Shown here: one piece after another, positions 10,449-20,854 of the stretch | Position numbering within the stretch: the stretch's first letter is position 1 | How the letters are laid out: every line of letters starts with the position of its first letter | DNA from: Armatimonadota bacterium | GTDB taxonomy: Bacteria; Armatimonadota; UBA5829; DSUL01 | Assembly: GCA_039811685.1 (NCBI GenBank) | Contig: JBDHZC010000005.1 | Span: 32,001 to 96,000, forward strand | Length of the DNA: 64,000 bases | Direction: 5' to 3' | Notes under the pieces: generated by a model | The model's input: only the letters and a program-made list of their open reading frames with translations | Database searches by the model: none | Told to the model about the DNA's origin: nothing | Program-made: the position numbers and the translations under genes

Positions 10449-11321
10449 TCAGCGCAGACTTCGCTGGAGAGCAGTTCGCGCAAGCGCTTCGTAGTCGCCA
10501 ACAGACAGCTCCTCTGCCCGGCTTCCGGGCGAGATACCCGCTTCACTGATAAGCAGCGTCGTCTCGCCTCTGGGCATGTCCAGACCGTGTGACAGCGTGT
10601 TGAGAAGCGTTTTGCGCCGTTGACCGAACGCCGCGCGAAGGACCCGGAAGAACCAGCGTTCCTCTTCTTCAGATAGCGCCTGCTCTTTTGGCGTGAGTGC
10701 GAGAACAGCGGAGTCAACGTCCGGAACAGGCACAAAGAGGTGTCTGGAGACGTTGAAGGCTATTGAAGCGTCGCAGTGGTAGCTGCAGAAGACGCTCAGG
10801 CTGGAGTAGCTGGAGGCGCCAGGTTGCGCCGTAATGCGAAGCGCAACTTCCTTTTGCACCAGAAGCGTGATCCCTGCCAGCCGGCGCTTGTGCGCAAGGA
10901 GTTTTTCGATAATCGGTGTTGTGATGCTGTAGGGGATGTTGGCCACGATCTGCACCGGTGCATCGATGCTCTCCAGCAGCGCGGGCAGGTCCACTTTCAG
11001 AAAATCCGCGTGAACAATGTGCACCCTCTCGTTGCCTGTGTACTGGCGGCGCAGGACTTCAACCAGCCTGCCATCCACTTCAACAGCCGTCAGGCTTACT
11101 GCAACTGAGCTCAAAGCGGCTGTAAGCGCGCCAAGCCCCGGGCCGATTTCCAGGCAGCTCTGATCCTGCTTGAGTCCGCTCACGCTGACGATTCGGCTGG
11201 CCGTGCCCTGGTCCATCAGAAAGCTCTGTCCCAGTCTCTTGCTCGGGTGGAAGCTCTCGTCGCGCAGGAAGCGTTTGACGGAAGTTGGGCTGGTGGGGTT
11301 GAACTCACTCACGCAGGCCAT
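10449..11321 (-). CDS. rsmA: 16S rRNA dimethyladenosine methyltransferase
   Basis: KRLGQSFL, EIGPGLGALT, ANIPYSIT, QKEVA, F.QRRKTL; start uncertain. Confidence 0.93.
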   Translation of the reverse strand: MACVSEFNPTSPTSVKRFLRDESFHPSKRLGQSFLMDQGTASRIVSVSGLKQDQSCLEIGPGLGALTAALSSVAVSLTAVEVDGRLVEVLRRQYTGNERVHIVHADFLKVDLPALLESIDAPVQIVANIPYSITTPIIEKLLAHKRRLAGITLLVQKEVALRITAQPGASSYSSLSVFCSYHCDASIAFNVSRHLFVPVPDVDSAVLALTPKEQALSEEEERWFFRVLRAAFGQRRKTLLNTLSHGLDMPRGETTLLISEAGISPGSRAEELSVGDYEALARTALQRSLR

Positions 11322-11461
11322 TATAGCTGCTTGCGAGGGGTGAAAGGGTGCGCCGGAGTGAGTTCCGGGGGTGGAAAGGCGTGATAGACGCTTAGCGCCC
11401 GGTGCGCGGAGATTGCTGAGGGGCAGAGAGACCCTCTTCGTTGAGAGCCCCACGCGTTACA

Positions 11462-12298
11462 TCAGTTCAAAACGTGGACGACCACTTTTTTTCGTCCAAA
11501 GCGGCGCGCCGCCGCGTACGTGTTGTGACCCAGGTCAATTCGATGACCTTTGATGGCCCCTCCGGTATCTCCGGCCACAGCGAACCCGTAGCCTTCAATA
11601 TAGAGGCGCGATCCGAGCTTGATGACGCGTGGGTCAACAGCTACAACTCCTCGCCCCGCCTGCATGCCGATTGCCGTACGGCCACCGCCCGACCCTCCGC
11701 AGTTCCTGGGGTCGTAGGCCGTCGCCGTCATAGTCATCACTTTGCGGCTGACAAAGCCACGTGACGGCAGCGACGAGCCCTGTCCGTAAGCGATCACCCG
11801 GGGAGTCATTTTCCGGATAGTCTCCGATCCCACCAGTTTCTTTACAATCTTCTTGCCGTCAGCGTAGGTGACGTCGTAGATATCTCTGCGCAGACCCGCT
11901 TCACCTTTCACGGCCACTACGGACGCGCCGCGACGAAGGTTGTCACTTGCTCTGCGAATGGTGGTTGGCGGCACCTGACATTCGACAGGCACACGCTTTG
12001 TGGAGATCCGGATAATGCGCGCTTGAAGCCCATTGACAACCGGGCTTGAGGGATTAGGAACAATTTTGTCATCGCTACCCACCGCGATGCCGGCCTGAGC
12101 GATAGCCTCGCCCACCGTCGTCATCTGTGTCACGATGATCTGCCTGCTTCCGTCCACAAATACTGTGAACTGCCTGTCAGGCTTTTCTGAATGCTGCGCA
12201 GCCGCCTGCGACTGCACCTCTACACCTCGCACAACAGCTAGACTCACCAGAATCCAGCCTGCGGCGAGAAGGCCACGATGTATGCTTGTTCGCACCAT
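11462..12298 (-). CDS. G5 and 3D domain cell-wall protein (YabE-like)
   Basis: MTATAY, VAVDPRVIKLGSRLYIEGYG.AVAGDTGGAIKGHRID 3D motif; yabE-rsmA synteny. Confidence 0.9.
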   Translation of the reverse strand: MVRTSIHRGLLAAGWILVSLAVVRGVEVQSQAAAQHSEKPDRQFTVFVDGSRQIIVTQMTTVGEAIAQAGIAVGSDDKIVPNPSSPVVNGLQARIIRISTKRVPVECQVPPTTIRRASDNLRRGASVVAVKGEAGLRRDIYDVTYADGKKIVKKLVGSETIRKMTPRVIAYGQGSSLPSRGFVSRKVMTMTATAYDPRNCGGSGGGRTAIGMQAGRGVVAVDPRVIKLGSRLYIEGYGFAVAGDTGGAIKGHRIDLGHNTYAAARRFGRKKVVVHVLN

Positions 12299-12846
12299 GA
12301 ACAGCCCACCTCCTCTTAGTCTGGGATTGCCGGGCCCGGCGCACGCACAAGTCTCCCTAAGGGCGTATGTTCAAGAAAGTACGGGAAACAAGAAACAATG
12401 AGGCGAATAGAAGAAGCTCACCTTGCCGGTCGGCGTGGGTTCAGTTGTGGTTGCATAGCGGATGCTACCATAAGCCTTTCGAATCCGCCACTTCCAGGGC
12501 GGCCACTCGGCCACCGGAGTTAGTTATACCCTTTATCGCAATGAATCTACCAGTACAAATATCAGGTGGCAGTTTTCACCTGCCACGCTTGAAAATATGA
12601 CTGTACTAAGGCTTTAGTGTGAATTAATGTGAGCAAGGCTTGGTCTTCTCGAATGTTCAGAGTTTTTCTGGATATTTTCTCGCACTCTGCTTTCCAGATG
12701 ACGCGCCCAAGGCCTTGAGTCCACTGGCTGAGAAAGCCTGCCGCGTGCGCGGCAGGCTTGAGTTTCTGTTGTTTCGCCTTCTACGCGCAGGACCGTCGTC
12801 TCTGCGCCCGAAGCTGTTGTGATTCAGTGTCAGAGACACCCTTCAC

Positions 12847-13287
12847 TCACTTTGCGCCTGGGGCGCTCTTGGCTCGCTTGGAGTGATGCTCTTCTCGCTC
12901 GGAGCGATCCTTCTCGGATCGGGAGTGCTTCACGCACTCCCGCAGCGCTTTCTGCTGGTCTTTGGTGAGGATCTTGTCCATTGCGGCTTTGTGCTCTTTG
13001 TCCAGCTTTCTCAGCTCGCTTTTCTTTTCGCGTTTGGACTTGTTGGACTGGAGAATAGCCTGGCGCTTGGTTGCGGTGTCACTGTTGAGGCTGTCGATGT
13101 CTGCCTTCTGCTTTGCATTCAAACCAATCTTATCCAGGCAGGACTCGATGGCTTCGTTTTTCCTCTCCGCTTTGGCAGAGACTCCCGGCTGGGAGGGCGC
13201 TTTCTCCGCGCGCGCCGCTGGCGCGGCAACGACGGCGATGGCCAGGGCCGGCAGCAGCCCTAGCAGCAATCCATGAACTCTGTGCAT
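12847..13287 (-). CDS. Secreted helical charged protein (Spy/CpxP-like)
   Basis: Signal peptide; L.L...QK and ILT.DQQ repeats. Confidence 0.6.
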   Translation of the reverse strand: MHRVHGLLLGLLPALAIAVVAAPAARAEKAPSQPGVSAKAERKNEAIESCLDKIGLNAKQKADIDSLNSDTATKRQAILQSNKSKREKKSELRKLDKEHKAAMDKILTKDQQKALRECVKHSRSEKDRSEREEHHSKRAKSAPGAK

Positions 13288-13564
13288 TAGATGTCCTCCG
13301 ATGATCTGGTGTTGATTTCAGAATCTTCCGTCTTGGATCGCGGTTGCCACCGCGTCCCTAACACAAAGCGATGCTACAGAGTCATAAAGTTCCGCAGATG
13401 GCAGTGAAGTGCCGGGAAAGTGTTCGGCGCGCCTGCGGGTGAGGGGCCCGCATGGAGCCCCTCAGCAGGCCGCCGAGCGGAACTCCTGGTGAAACACGTG
13501 CGTTTCAACGTCCGGGTAATAGCTCTACATGAGCAGTACGCACACCTGAGTAGAGGAGACAATT

Positions 13565-13954
13565 ATGAGACCAGTAGATCCGGGCAAAGCCAGGGAGTAC
13601 TTCGAGGCCAAAATGGCGTTTTCGACAGGGCCAATCGAAACGGAGCGGATGATCCGGCTTGGAGAAGACATAAACATCGTTGATGTGCGGGCGTCTGAGG
13701 ACTATCAGGAGGGGCATATCCCAGGGGCGAAGAGCCTGCCGCAGGACCGGTGGGACAGCTTTGAGGGGCTGTCTAAAGACAAGACCAACCTTCTGTATTG
13801 CTACTCGCAAGTCTGTCATCTGGCCGCAAAAGCCGCCGTGCACTTTGCCGCGGCCGGCTACCCTGTGATGGAGCTGGACGGCGGCATGCGAAGCTGGCGA
13901 GAGCACAATCTGGACGTGGAGACATCACGGGAAAAGGTTGGCGCCGCCGGATAG
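13565..13954 (+). CDS. Rhodanese-like domain protein
   Basis: IVDVR...Y..GHIPGA, LYC, LDGG..W; SD GAGGAG upstream. Confidence 0.9.
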   Translation: MRPVDPGKAREYFEAKMAFSTGPIETERMIRLGEDINIVDVRASEDYQEGHIPGAKSLPQDRWDSFEGLSKDKTNLLYCYSQVCHLAAKAAVHFAAAGYPVMELDGGMRSWREHNLDVETSREKVGAAG

Positions 13955-14042
13955 ACTCAGCGCATCAGCAGTCAATTTTGCGAGCCCTGTCACTTTGGCG
14001 GGGCTCATTCGTTTCTGGATAGAGGAGACTCAGCGCAACGCC

Positions 14043-14738
14043 ATGATACAGATCAGACGCTCTGAAGAGAGGGGTCATGCCGACCACGGATGGCTGGACA
14101 CCTATCACACTTTTTCCTTCGCCAGGTATTTCGATCCGGAGCATATGGGCTTTCGGTCGCTTCGTGTCATAAACGAGGACGTCATCGCGCCCGGGAAGGG
14201 CTTTGGAACTCATCCGCACCAGGATATGGAGATCCTGACGTATGTGCTGGAAGGCGCGTTGGAGCACCGGGACAGTATGGGCTCGCGCTCGGTCATCAGG
14301 CCTGGCCGGATTCAAAAGATGAGCGCGGGTTCAGGCGTGCAGCACAGCGAATACAACGCCAGCGACTCCGAGCCGGTCCACCTCCTGCAAATCTGGATTG
14401 AGCCGCAGCGCCTGGGAATCGAGCCGCAGTACCGCGAGCGCGACATTGACCTCCCACAGGGCAGCGGTTTGCAGCTTCTGGCTGCGAACAACCCTTCGGA
14501 TGGCGCAATCGAGCTGCATCAGGATGCCTCAGTGTACGTCGGGCGCGTGGAGGCGGGCGAAGAGCTTACGCACGAGGTTGACCCTCACTGCGGGATCTGG
14601 CTTCAAATGATCAGCGGAAGGCTGAAGGTCAACGCAGAAGACCTGGAGACCGGTGATGGCGCCGCCATCACACAAGAATCGAAGCTGACGCTGGATGCCA
14701 TTGAGACCTCGAATTTCCTGCTCTTCGACCTTGCCTGA
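14043..14738 (+). CDS. Pirin family protein (YhhW-like)
   Basis: HGWLDTYHTFSF, GFGTHPHQDMEI, HRDSMG, MSAGSGVQHSEYN. Confidence 0.93.
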   Translation: MIQIRRSEERGHADHGWLDTYHTFSFARYFDPEHMGFRSLRVINEDVIAPGKGFGTHPHQDMEILTYVLEGALEHRDSMGSRSVIRPGRIQKMSAGSGVQHSEYNASDSEPVHLLQIWIEPQRLGIEPQYRERDIDLPQGSGLQLLAANNPSDGAIELHQDASVYVGRVEAGEELTHEVDPHCGIWLQMISGRLKVNAEDLETGDGAAITQESKLTLDAIETSNFLLFDLA

Positions 14739-14927
14739 GGCTTGAAAGCTCACGACAGCTCTTTCGGTCGTCCTAGGCTTGGCGCTCGATCCCTGAGCGG
14801 ATTTGCAGAAGCCTCGCCAACTGATTCTCACGGTGTAAAAGACCAGCGATGCTTGGTCAGACCCAGTGTCTCGTGGTATTTGGAAGCGCAACCTGCGACT
14901 TTACTGCGAAGTGTAGGGCCTTAGTGT

Positions 14928-17900
14928 CTATGCGTCGGCCGGCAAACGAAGAAGTCCATCGAGTTCCACCAGCGCGCCATCCTGAAGCAGTGCCAGTATT
15001 TCGGTGGTGGCCGCGTCTACCATTGCGTCAAGACATCTTGAGAAGCCCAGCATCTGCCACGCCGACCGCGCGGCATCTTCCTTGGACATACCGCACGATA
15101 CGTCAACGCCTCTGACAACGGCAGCTCGCAACTCTTCAGGTGCAACCCACTCAGATCTCTTTTCTTGCGCAGGTAGCGACGACCTGTCGCGGGGTATGAT
15201 CACGCCACCGTCGAACAGGTACACAAAGCTACCTTTTCTGCGCACGTAAGTAGCGGCAACGGCAGCGTGTAGGGCTTGCTCTACAGCCCTCTGCACGCGT
15301 CGTCCTGCTCTACCAAGTCCAGCCGATGTGCGCATTCGTTGACAGAGTAGAGCTTCGTGAATCGGCGCCTCAACTCTTGCGATTTGAGCAATCCAGTATG
15401 CGAGGCGCGAGTCCGGCATAATTTGTATGGGCACACCGTTTTGCTCGATAGGTTCGCTCCAGGCCACATACGGAACGGTTTTCGGACCGTTCCGTATGTG
15501 GCCCGGAGCCTCCATTTTGATAAAGTCTTCGGGTTTCGGTGCAGAAGCGGCGTCGCTTACCGTTGGTGGCTCCGGAGCGTCTGCTGCATGTGCACGTTCT
15601 ATGGCTTCAATGCACCTTTGCACTTCGCCTTCGCGCGACTGCCACCAGTCCGTGCTCCAGATTCTATGTAGTTTCCAGCCTCGAACCTCGAGTGCCATCT
15701 GTCTGAGCTTGTCACGGTCGCGAGCACTCTTGGCGCTGTGGTAGCTGGCTCCGTCGCACTCGATCCCCAGCACATAACGACCAGGCTTTTGTCTGTGGCG
15801 CACCGCGAGGTCAATGTAAAATCCGATTGAGCCGACCTGCATGTCCACCTCATATCCATGGGCTTGAAGTTCCCGGGCAACCTGCGCTTCGAATTCGGAG
15901 CCGACTCCACGGCCTGAAGGCTTTGGGTCGTCCAGCTCTCCAGTCTGGGCAAATTGGAGAAACCTCTTCAGGACGCTGACACCTCTGCCAGGCGCATCGG
16001 ACAACCGTATGTCCGACGCTGTAATGCTCGAAAAAACCTCGCATCTGAAGCGCGCTCTGGACATCAGGACATTGAGTCGTCGCTCCCCCCCCTCCTTGTT
16101 GACGGGGCCAAAGTTCATGGCGACATAGCCATGCTCGTCCGGTCCATATCCGACGCTAATGAAGATGACATCTCGCTCATCACCCTGGATGGTCTCAAGA
16201 TTCTTAACAAATAGGCGCTCGAACGGATGTGCCTCATCAAAAGCTTCCAGCACCTGTGGATGCTCTGCGCGCAGCAGTTCTAAAGCGTCTTCAATTGCCG
16301 CTTGTTGTTGCTTGCTAAACGCCGCAACGCCCAAGGAGGGCGCTCGAGGGTCAGAAACGTGCGAAATGACAGTCTGGGCCACAGCCATAGCTTGTGCCCG
16401 GTTGACTCCGGAACCGCCTCTATCATAGATGTGGGAACGGTCATAATGCCATCGCAAGCCAAGAGGTGTCTTTTCGTTCTTGCCCTCGAACGACGGGTGA
16501 GGGAAAATGACAAGGCCGTGGTCATAAAACTCGTTCGATGGGCGGATCAGATCGGGATGCTTGCTTCGGTAGTGCCAGCGAAGATCAGATGACCTGGAGG
16601 TTCCCCGAACAACCGATGCCATAAGAGCCAGAATACTCTCAAGTTGGCCGATCGATGTGACGGCGGCATCTGCATCGTCATCGGAGCCGTCATCCGCGGC
16701 CATTTTGTCAAAGAACGAGGTGGGAGGCATCTGCTTGCTGTCTCCCACCACAATAGTTTGTTTGCCTCTCAAGATTGCAGGCAATGCGTCTTCTGGCTTA
16801 ATCTGACTGGCTTCATCAAAGATAACGACGTCAAACTGACACCGGAGGTCACGCGGTAAGAACTGGGAGACGCTTAACGGGCTCATCAGGAACAGCGGTT
16901 TGATCTGCTGAATCGCAGGTCCAGCGGTCTCCAGTGCCCAGCGAATTGATTTGCTGGGCCGTTGAAGCTCGGTCTGCCGCCTCACCTGACTGAGGTTGCC
17001 ACCGATTCCCTCCCAGCCAGGTAGCCCCGCCAAGTGAGCGGCCCTAACTTTTGCGCGGTTAATTACGAGGATCAAGTCGTCGATCTTTCGGAAGTCTTTC
17101 AGAGCTTGCTCATGTTCGGAGCGGGTGTAGTTCTGCAGAGCGGGGCGGGTATGCATGGCCTCTGACAGAATACCGTCGGTGTAGGACCTGATAAGACTGT
17201 CACATAGAAGTTCAGCGCCATTGGGCCACGTAGCGGAATGCTTTACCACCTCTCCAAGCTGCACGTCTTGGAGATTAGCTGCTGCAATGACAAGCGAGCA
17301 CATTTCCTGGACCCGGTCAAAGTTATCCTGCCAGGTGTGGAGACGGGCGAAAGTTGTCTCCATATCTTTTTCATCAACCTGAGTCACCGGGTACTGAAGC
17401 TGTGAGAACAGGGAGCGCGTTGTCTCCACGGCCTGCTGAACCGCTTGCGCGCACTCTTGTGCCTCAGTGGCAAGTCCGCTTGCGTCGAACGAAGCTTCGA
17501 AGAAGTCTAGCAGGCTCGCGGGCACTTGCTGATTCGCTACGTCCGAGCGAACACATAGGCACCATTCGAGAAGGCGAGTGAGTACAATTGGATCTGTTCT
17601 CTCGCCCTGCCACTGTGCGCCAAAGAGCTGCGCCATCAATTCTGAGCCTTGCTCTATCGCGCCTCGCAGCCTCTGAATCTCGGCAACATCTCGCAACAGC
17701 TCTAGCTGCTCTGGTGGAGTCAAACTGGAAGGAGATAAGAGGAGTGCCTTGAGACCTTTCGAGCGGCGGCGGAACTCCGGCGAAATTGAACGCCACCAGC
17801 GTCCCGCCCACTTTTCATACGCTGGCAGCGCAGCAGTTATGTCGGAGTTCCAGATATGTTCGGAGACCAACGAGCTCCGTTCGGTCAATATCTCTTGAAG

Positions 17901-19637
17901 CCTGGTGAGATTCTGGATCGTGTCTTTGACTGCAGGAGCTGCAGATTCCCACGTGGAAAGTCGAACGGCTACGCCGTCGTGAACCGGAGCCTCAACAGCC
18001 CGTTTTGCACAGGCGGACAGGACCGCCGAGTCGGATGGCCTTTCTGGCTTTGGCAGGCATAGCCTTTCCGCTAGAGTGTTTGCCCGCCTAATGGCATCCG
18101 GCCACTGGTCCAGCGCCTGCTGCAGCGTACTCTGAATCTGCGTCCGTTGCATGGGTGTCAGGACACGCAGGTTAACGCCGTAAAAGGGGTGTTGAGACGG
18201 TACTCCTATCTCTTTCAGTCTGTCCTGGTAGGCTTGTACTTGTGGCAGCAGCGTTTGCATTTGTTGCCAAGTAAATGCTCTGAGTGAATCAAAGGATATT
18301 CGAAAAGGGATGTCTTCAGGTCTTTCGGGCGGCAGTGCAGATGCCAGTCCGATTGCTTCATGAGGTGTTATTCCCCAGGGAAGGACCGGCTCATTAACCG
18401 CGCTGCTGTAGTCGTTGAGTCGGTCACGCAGGGAAGTAAGCCGGTTTGCTTCGGCATCCGCATCTTCAAGCGACCCTTTCAGACCCATAACGCGTCTCAG
18501 CTCGCCGTAAAAGCTCTTTCGTGTACTTTGCTTGCTGTGCAGCTCAAGACCAATATCCTTCAGCCCGGCTTCATCCAGCTTTCTCGCAACGACGTCAAGC
18601 GCCGCCATCTTTTCTGAGACAAACAGTACCTTCTTTCCGGCTGCAATCATCTCAGAAATGAGATTGACGATCGTCTGCGATTTGCCTGTGCCTGGAGGGC
18701 CCTCAATGACCATGGACTGCCCTGTCTGGGCGCGTATAATTGCCAGCGCCTGAGAGCTATCGCAGTTGTATATCTCACGGCATGCGCTGATGGGCCTGTA
18801 GGGGTCAACTGGCTCATCTTCAGACGGAGTTGAAGGAGAGGATGTGAAAGAGCCACCTAGAAGTGCGACAACATCAGGATGCTGTGTAGGCAGGCTGCCT
18901 TCAGGCCACTGTGACTCCTCCAGGTCCTTGTACATCACTAGCTTTGAAAACTGGAAGAATGACAGCCAGATAGACTCCGAGTCTACTCTCCACGTTTTTT
19001 GATCCGCCACACAGCCCTGCACCGCTTCAGCATACTCGCGTATACTTCCCCCTTCGTCTAGATCAGGAACCTTGATTCCAAAATCCTGCTCAAGCTTAAC
19101 GTGAAGAGACAGGTTCGTTCCCACATCCTCGCCCGTATATCGCAGATTGAACTTACCAGTTGGAAGTCGCTCCAGCGCGACAGGCAGAAAGATCAGTGGA
19201 GCAGCCCGCTCGTCTTGAGATGATTCTGACTCCCGCCAATATAGAGCTCCAAAAGCAAGAAACAGTACATTCAGCCCGGTCTCCTGCTGGATGAGGTGTG
19301 ACTCGCGGAAGCTCTTAAGAAGCCGTGTTTCGAGAGTAGAGGAAAGGTGCGGAGTGTTCAGGACGGAGTCCGACTGATCTACCGGTGCTGCATTAGAAGT
19401 CGCATCTCCGAGAGGCAGCTCCTTGGCCGCACCCTCCTCGCCTTCTCGGTCGGGACGGCCCCGAAAGCTCATTGCTTTTGAGATATCCTGCAGGCGCTGA
19501 AAGACCTGATCAGGATTCTCCCCAACCACTTGCACGCCGTGAGTCTTGGCAAGACGGAAGTTCAGCATATTGTTCCGGTTGCTAATGTCAACCAGCTTAG
19601 TACGTAGAGCTTCGTATTGGTCGGCGATTATAGCCAC
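14928..19637 (-). CDS. DUF4011 + SF1 (Upf1-like) helicase + Vsr-like nuclease + DUF3320-type tail protein (Hhe-like)
   Basis: LVDISNRNNMLNF; GPPGTGKSQT; DEASQ; VGDSKQMPP; HYRS; IQGDERD; RRLNVLMSRAR; ECDGASYH..RDRD..RIWSTDW. Start (GTG 19637 or 19724) uncertain. Confidence 0.88.
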   Translation of the reverse strand: MAIIADQYEALRTKLVDISNRNNMLNFRLAKTHGVQVVGENPDQVFQRLQDISKAMSFRGRPDREGEEGAAKELPLGDATSNAAPVDQSDSVLNTPHLSSTLETRLLKSFRESHLIQQETGLNVLFLAFGALYWRESESSQDERAAPLIFLPVALERLPTGKFNLRYTGEDVGTNLSLHVKLEQDFGIKVPDLDEGGSIREYAEAVQGCVADQKTWRVDSESIWLSFFQFSKLVMYKDLEESQWPEGSLPTQHPDVVALLGGSFTSSPSTPSEDEPVDPYRPISACREIYNCDSSQALAIIRAQTGQSMVIEGPPGTGKSQTIVNLISEMIAAGKKVLFVSEKMAALDVVARKLDEAGLKDIGLELHSKQSTRKSFYGELRRVMGLKGSLEDADAEANRLTSLRDRLNDYSSAVNEPVLPWGITPHEAIGLASALPPERPEDIPFRISFDSLRAFTWQQMQTLLPQVQAYQDRLKEIGVPSQHPFYGVNLRVLTPMQRTQIQSTLQQALDQWPDAIRRANTLAERLCLPKPERPSDSAVLSACAKRAVEAPVHDGVAVRLSTWESAAPAVKDTIQNLTRLQEILTERSSLVSEHIWNSDITAALPAYEKWAGRWWRSISPEFRRRSKGLKALLLSPSSLTPPEQLELLRDVAEIQRLRGAIEQGSELMAQLFGAQWQGERTDPIVLTRLLEWCLCVRSDVANQQVPASLLDFFEASFDASGLATEAQECAQAVQQAVETTRSLFSQLQYPVTQVDEKDMETTFARLHTWQDNFDRVQEMCSLVIAAANLQDVQLGEVVKHSATWPNGAELLCDSLIRSYTDGILSEAMHTRPALQNYTRSEHEQALKDFRKIDDLILVINRAKVRAAHLAGLPGWEGIGGNLSQVRRQTELQRPSKSIRWALETAGPAIQQIKPLFLMSPLSVSQFLPRDLRCQFDVVIFDEASQIKPEDALPAILRGKQTIVVGDSKQMPPTSFFDKMAADDGSDDDADAAVTSIGQLESILALMASVVRGTSRSSDLRWHYRSKHPDLIRPSNEFYDHGLVIFPHPSFEGKNEKTPLGLRWHYDRSHIYDRGGSGVNRAQAMAVAQTVISHVSDPRAPSLGVAAFSKQQQAAIEDALELLRAEHPQVLEAFDEAHPFERLFVKNLETIQGDERDVIFISVGYGPDEHGYVAMNFGPVNKEGGERRLNVLMSRARFRCEVFSSITASDIRLSDAPGRGVSVLKRFLQFAQTGELDDPKPSGRGVGSEFEAQVARELQAHGYEVDMQVGSIGFYIDLAVRHRQKPGRYVLGIECDGASYHSAKSARDRDKLRQMALEVRGWKLHRIWSTDWWQSREGEVQRCIEAIERAHAADAPEPPTVSDAASAPKPEDFIKMEAPGHIRNGPKTVPYVAWSEPIEQNGVPIQIMPDSRLAYWIAQIARVEAPIHEALLCQRMRTSAGLGRAGRRVQRAVEQALHAAVAATYVRRKGSFVYLFDGGVIIPRDRSSLPAQEKRSEWVAPEELRAAVVRGVDVSCGMSKEDAARSAWQMLGFSRCLDAMVDAATTEILALLQDGALVELDGLLRLPADA

Positions 19638-20089
19638 GTGCTGTTCCTGAGACAAATTGGGGGGCCGGACAACTTCAAAGGTTAGCTGCGGTCGCAACTG
19701 GTCTTCACGAAGATGCCCGCACACACTTGCGTGATGTTCTTACACGAACGCCTGTCGTTATTCCTCCGCGGTGCTTCGATATTCGTCTGCGAGGTATTCA
19801 GACTAGGTCGAACTCAACTGCCTATGGGCCTCCTGGAGGTTGAAGGTCGGCTGCAAAATGTTCAAATTGTCGAGTGATTTTCAATTTCGACCTTTTCCTC
19901 TTGGAGCGAAGCGGCATTTGCAGGCCGGCAGATTAGACTAAATAGACGAAGCGTTCGGTTGAGCCAGCTACCTTCATCCACCGCGCCCGGGCCACCGTTT
20001 TTTGACCTGATGGGTGAGTTTGCCTTACAATAGCCGCCGGAAATGGGTGGAGCTGAAGTTAACGGGCTCCCTGGAGGCGATATCTGAGT

Positions 20090-20740
20090 ATGCGCAGAAT
20101 CAACCTTGTCATTGTGGCGGTCCTGGTTCCCTTTGGGTGCGGGACGCCTTTGGATTCCGACGCCGCCGTAAGACGGACGCGAGCGAGAAAGGTCTGGACG
20201 CCGCCGAAAGTTGTGGATTTGCTGCCGAGGTATCCAGGCGGTGTGCTGCAAAGTGAGCTTGTGTTGGAGAAAGGCTACATTCTCCCCGCCGTAGCGAGGT
20301 TTGCCAACGAAGCGCTCGGGATCAATCTGGCGGATGCGGCCAGGCGCTCAGAGACCAGCGCCGAAGAACGCCAGCGAGCTGCCGATCTGAAGGCTCTTGG
20401 AGCGGCAATTGCGCAGGTTGACGCGGTTTATCTCAATCAGGTCGCCTTTCCAAACGGCGCAGACGCTGCGGAGGTGATGGCGTATTTCGCAAAGGCCGAC
20501 GCCGCGAAGGGAATGAGGCGCGTTTTGTATCTTGCGGGCGACGATGGCCGCGTGACCTCCGTTTGGGCAGCCTGGGGCGGAAAAGACCTGCTGGGCGCCT
20601 CCGTAATTCCGGACAAAGAACTCGGGAAAGGCGGCAGGATGCTTTATGCCGCCCGGATTCAGGGCTCGATAGATCTGACAAAGCTGCTTCAGATTCCCTC
20701 AGTGCGCAAGCTGTTTCTAAGGAAGTCCACAGACAACTGA
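20090..20740 (+). CDS. Hypothetical exported protein, paralog of next gene
   Basis: N-terminal hydrophobic segment; shares motifs with 20855..21499. Confidence 0.6.
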   Translation: MRRINLVIVAVLVPFGCGTPLDSDAAVRRTRARKVWTPPKVVDLLPRYPGGVLQSELVLEKGYILPAVARFANEALGINLADAARRSETSAEERQRAADLKALGAAIAQVDAVYLNQVAFPNGADAAEVMAYFAKADAAKGMRRVLYLAGDDGRVTSVWAAWGGKDLLGASVIPDKELGKGGRMLYAARIQGSIDLTKLLQIPSVRKLFLRKSTDN

Positions 20741-20854
20741 AGGGCCGCAAAAACCAGGCGTTTCTTGACAAAACGCGCGCGATGCCGCAGACTCCAGCGT
20801 CGGATCGACCCGAAAGGAACGCCAGGACGGCGCATTGGAAGAAGGAGAGCTGAG

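Noticed and set aside
12380..12530. c-di-AMP (ydaO) riboswitch call
   Set aside because: Only a short 3' fragment matches; the other conserved blocks are absent or out of order
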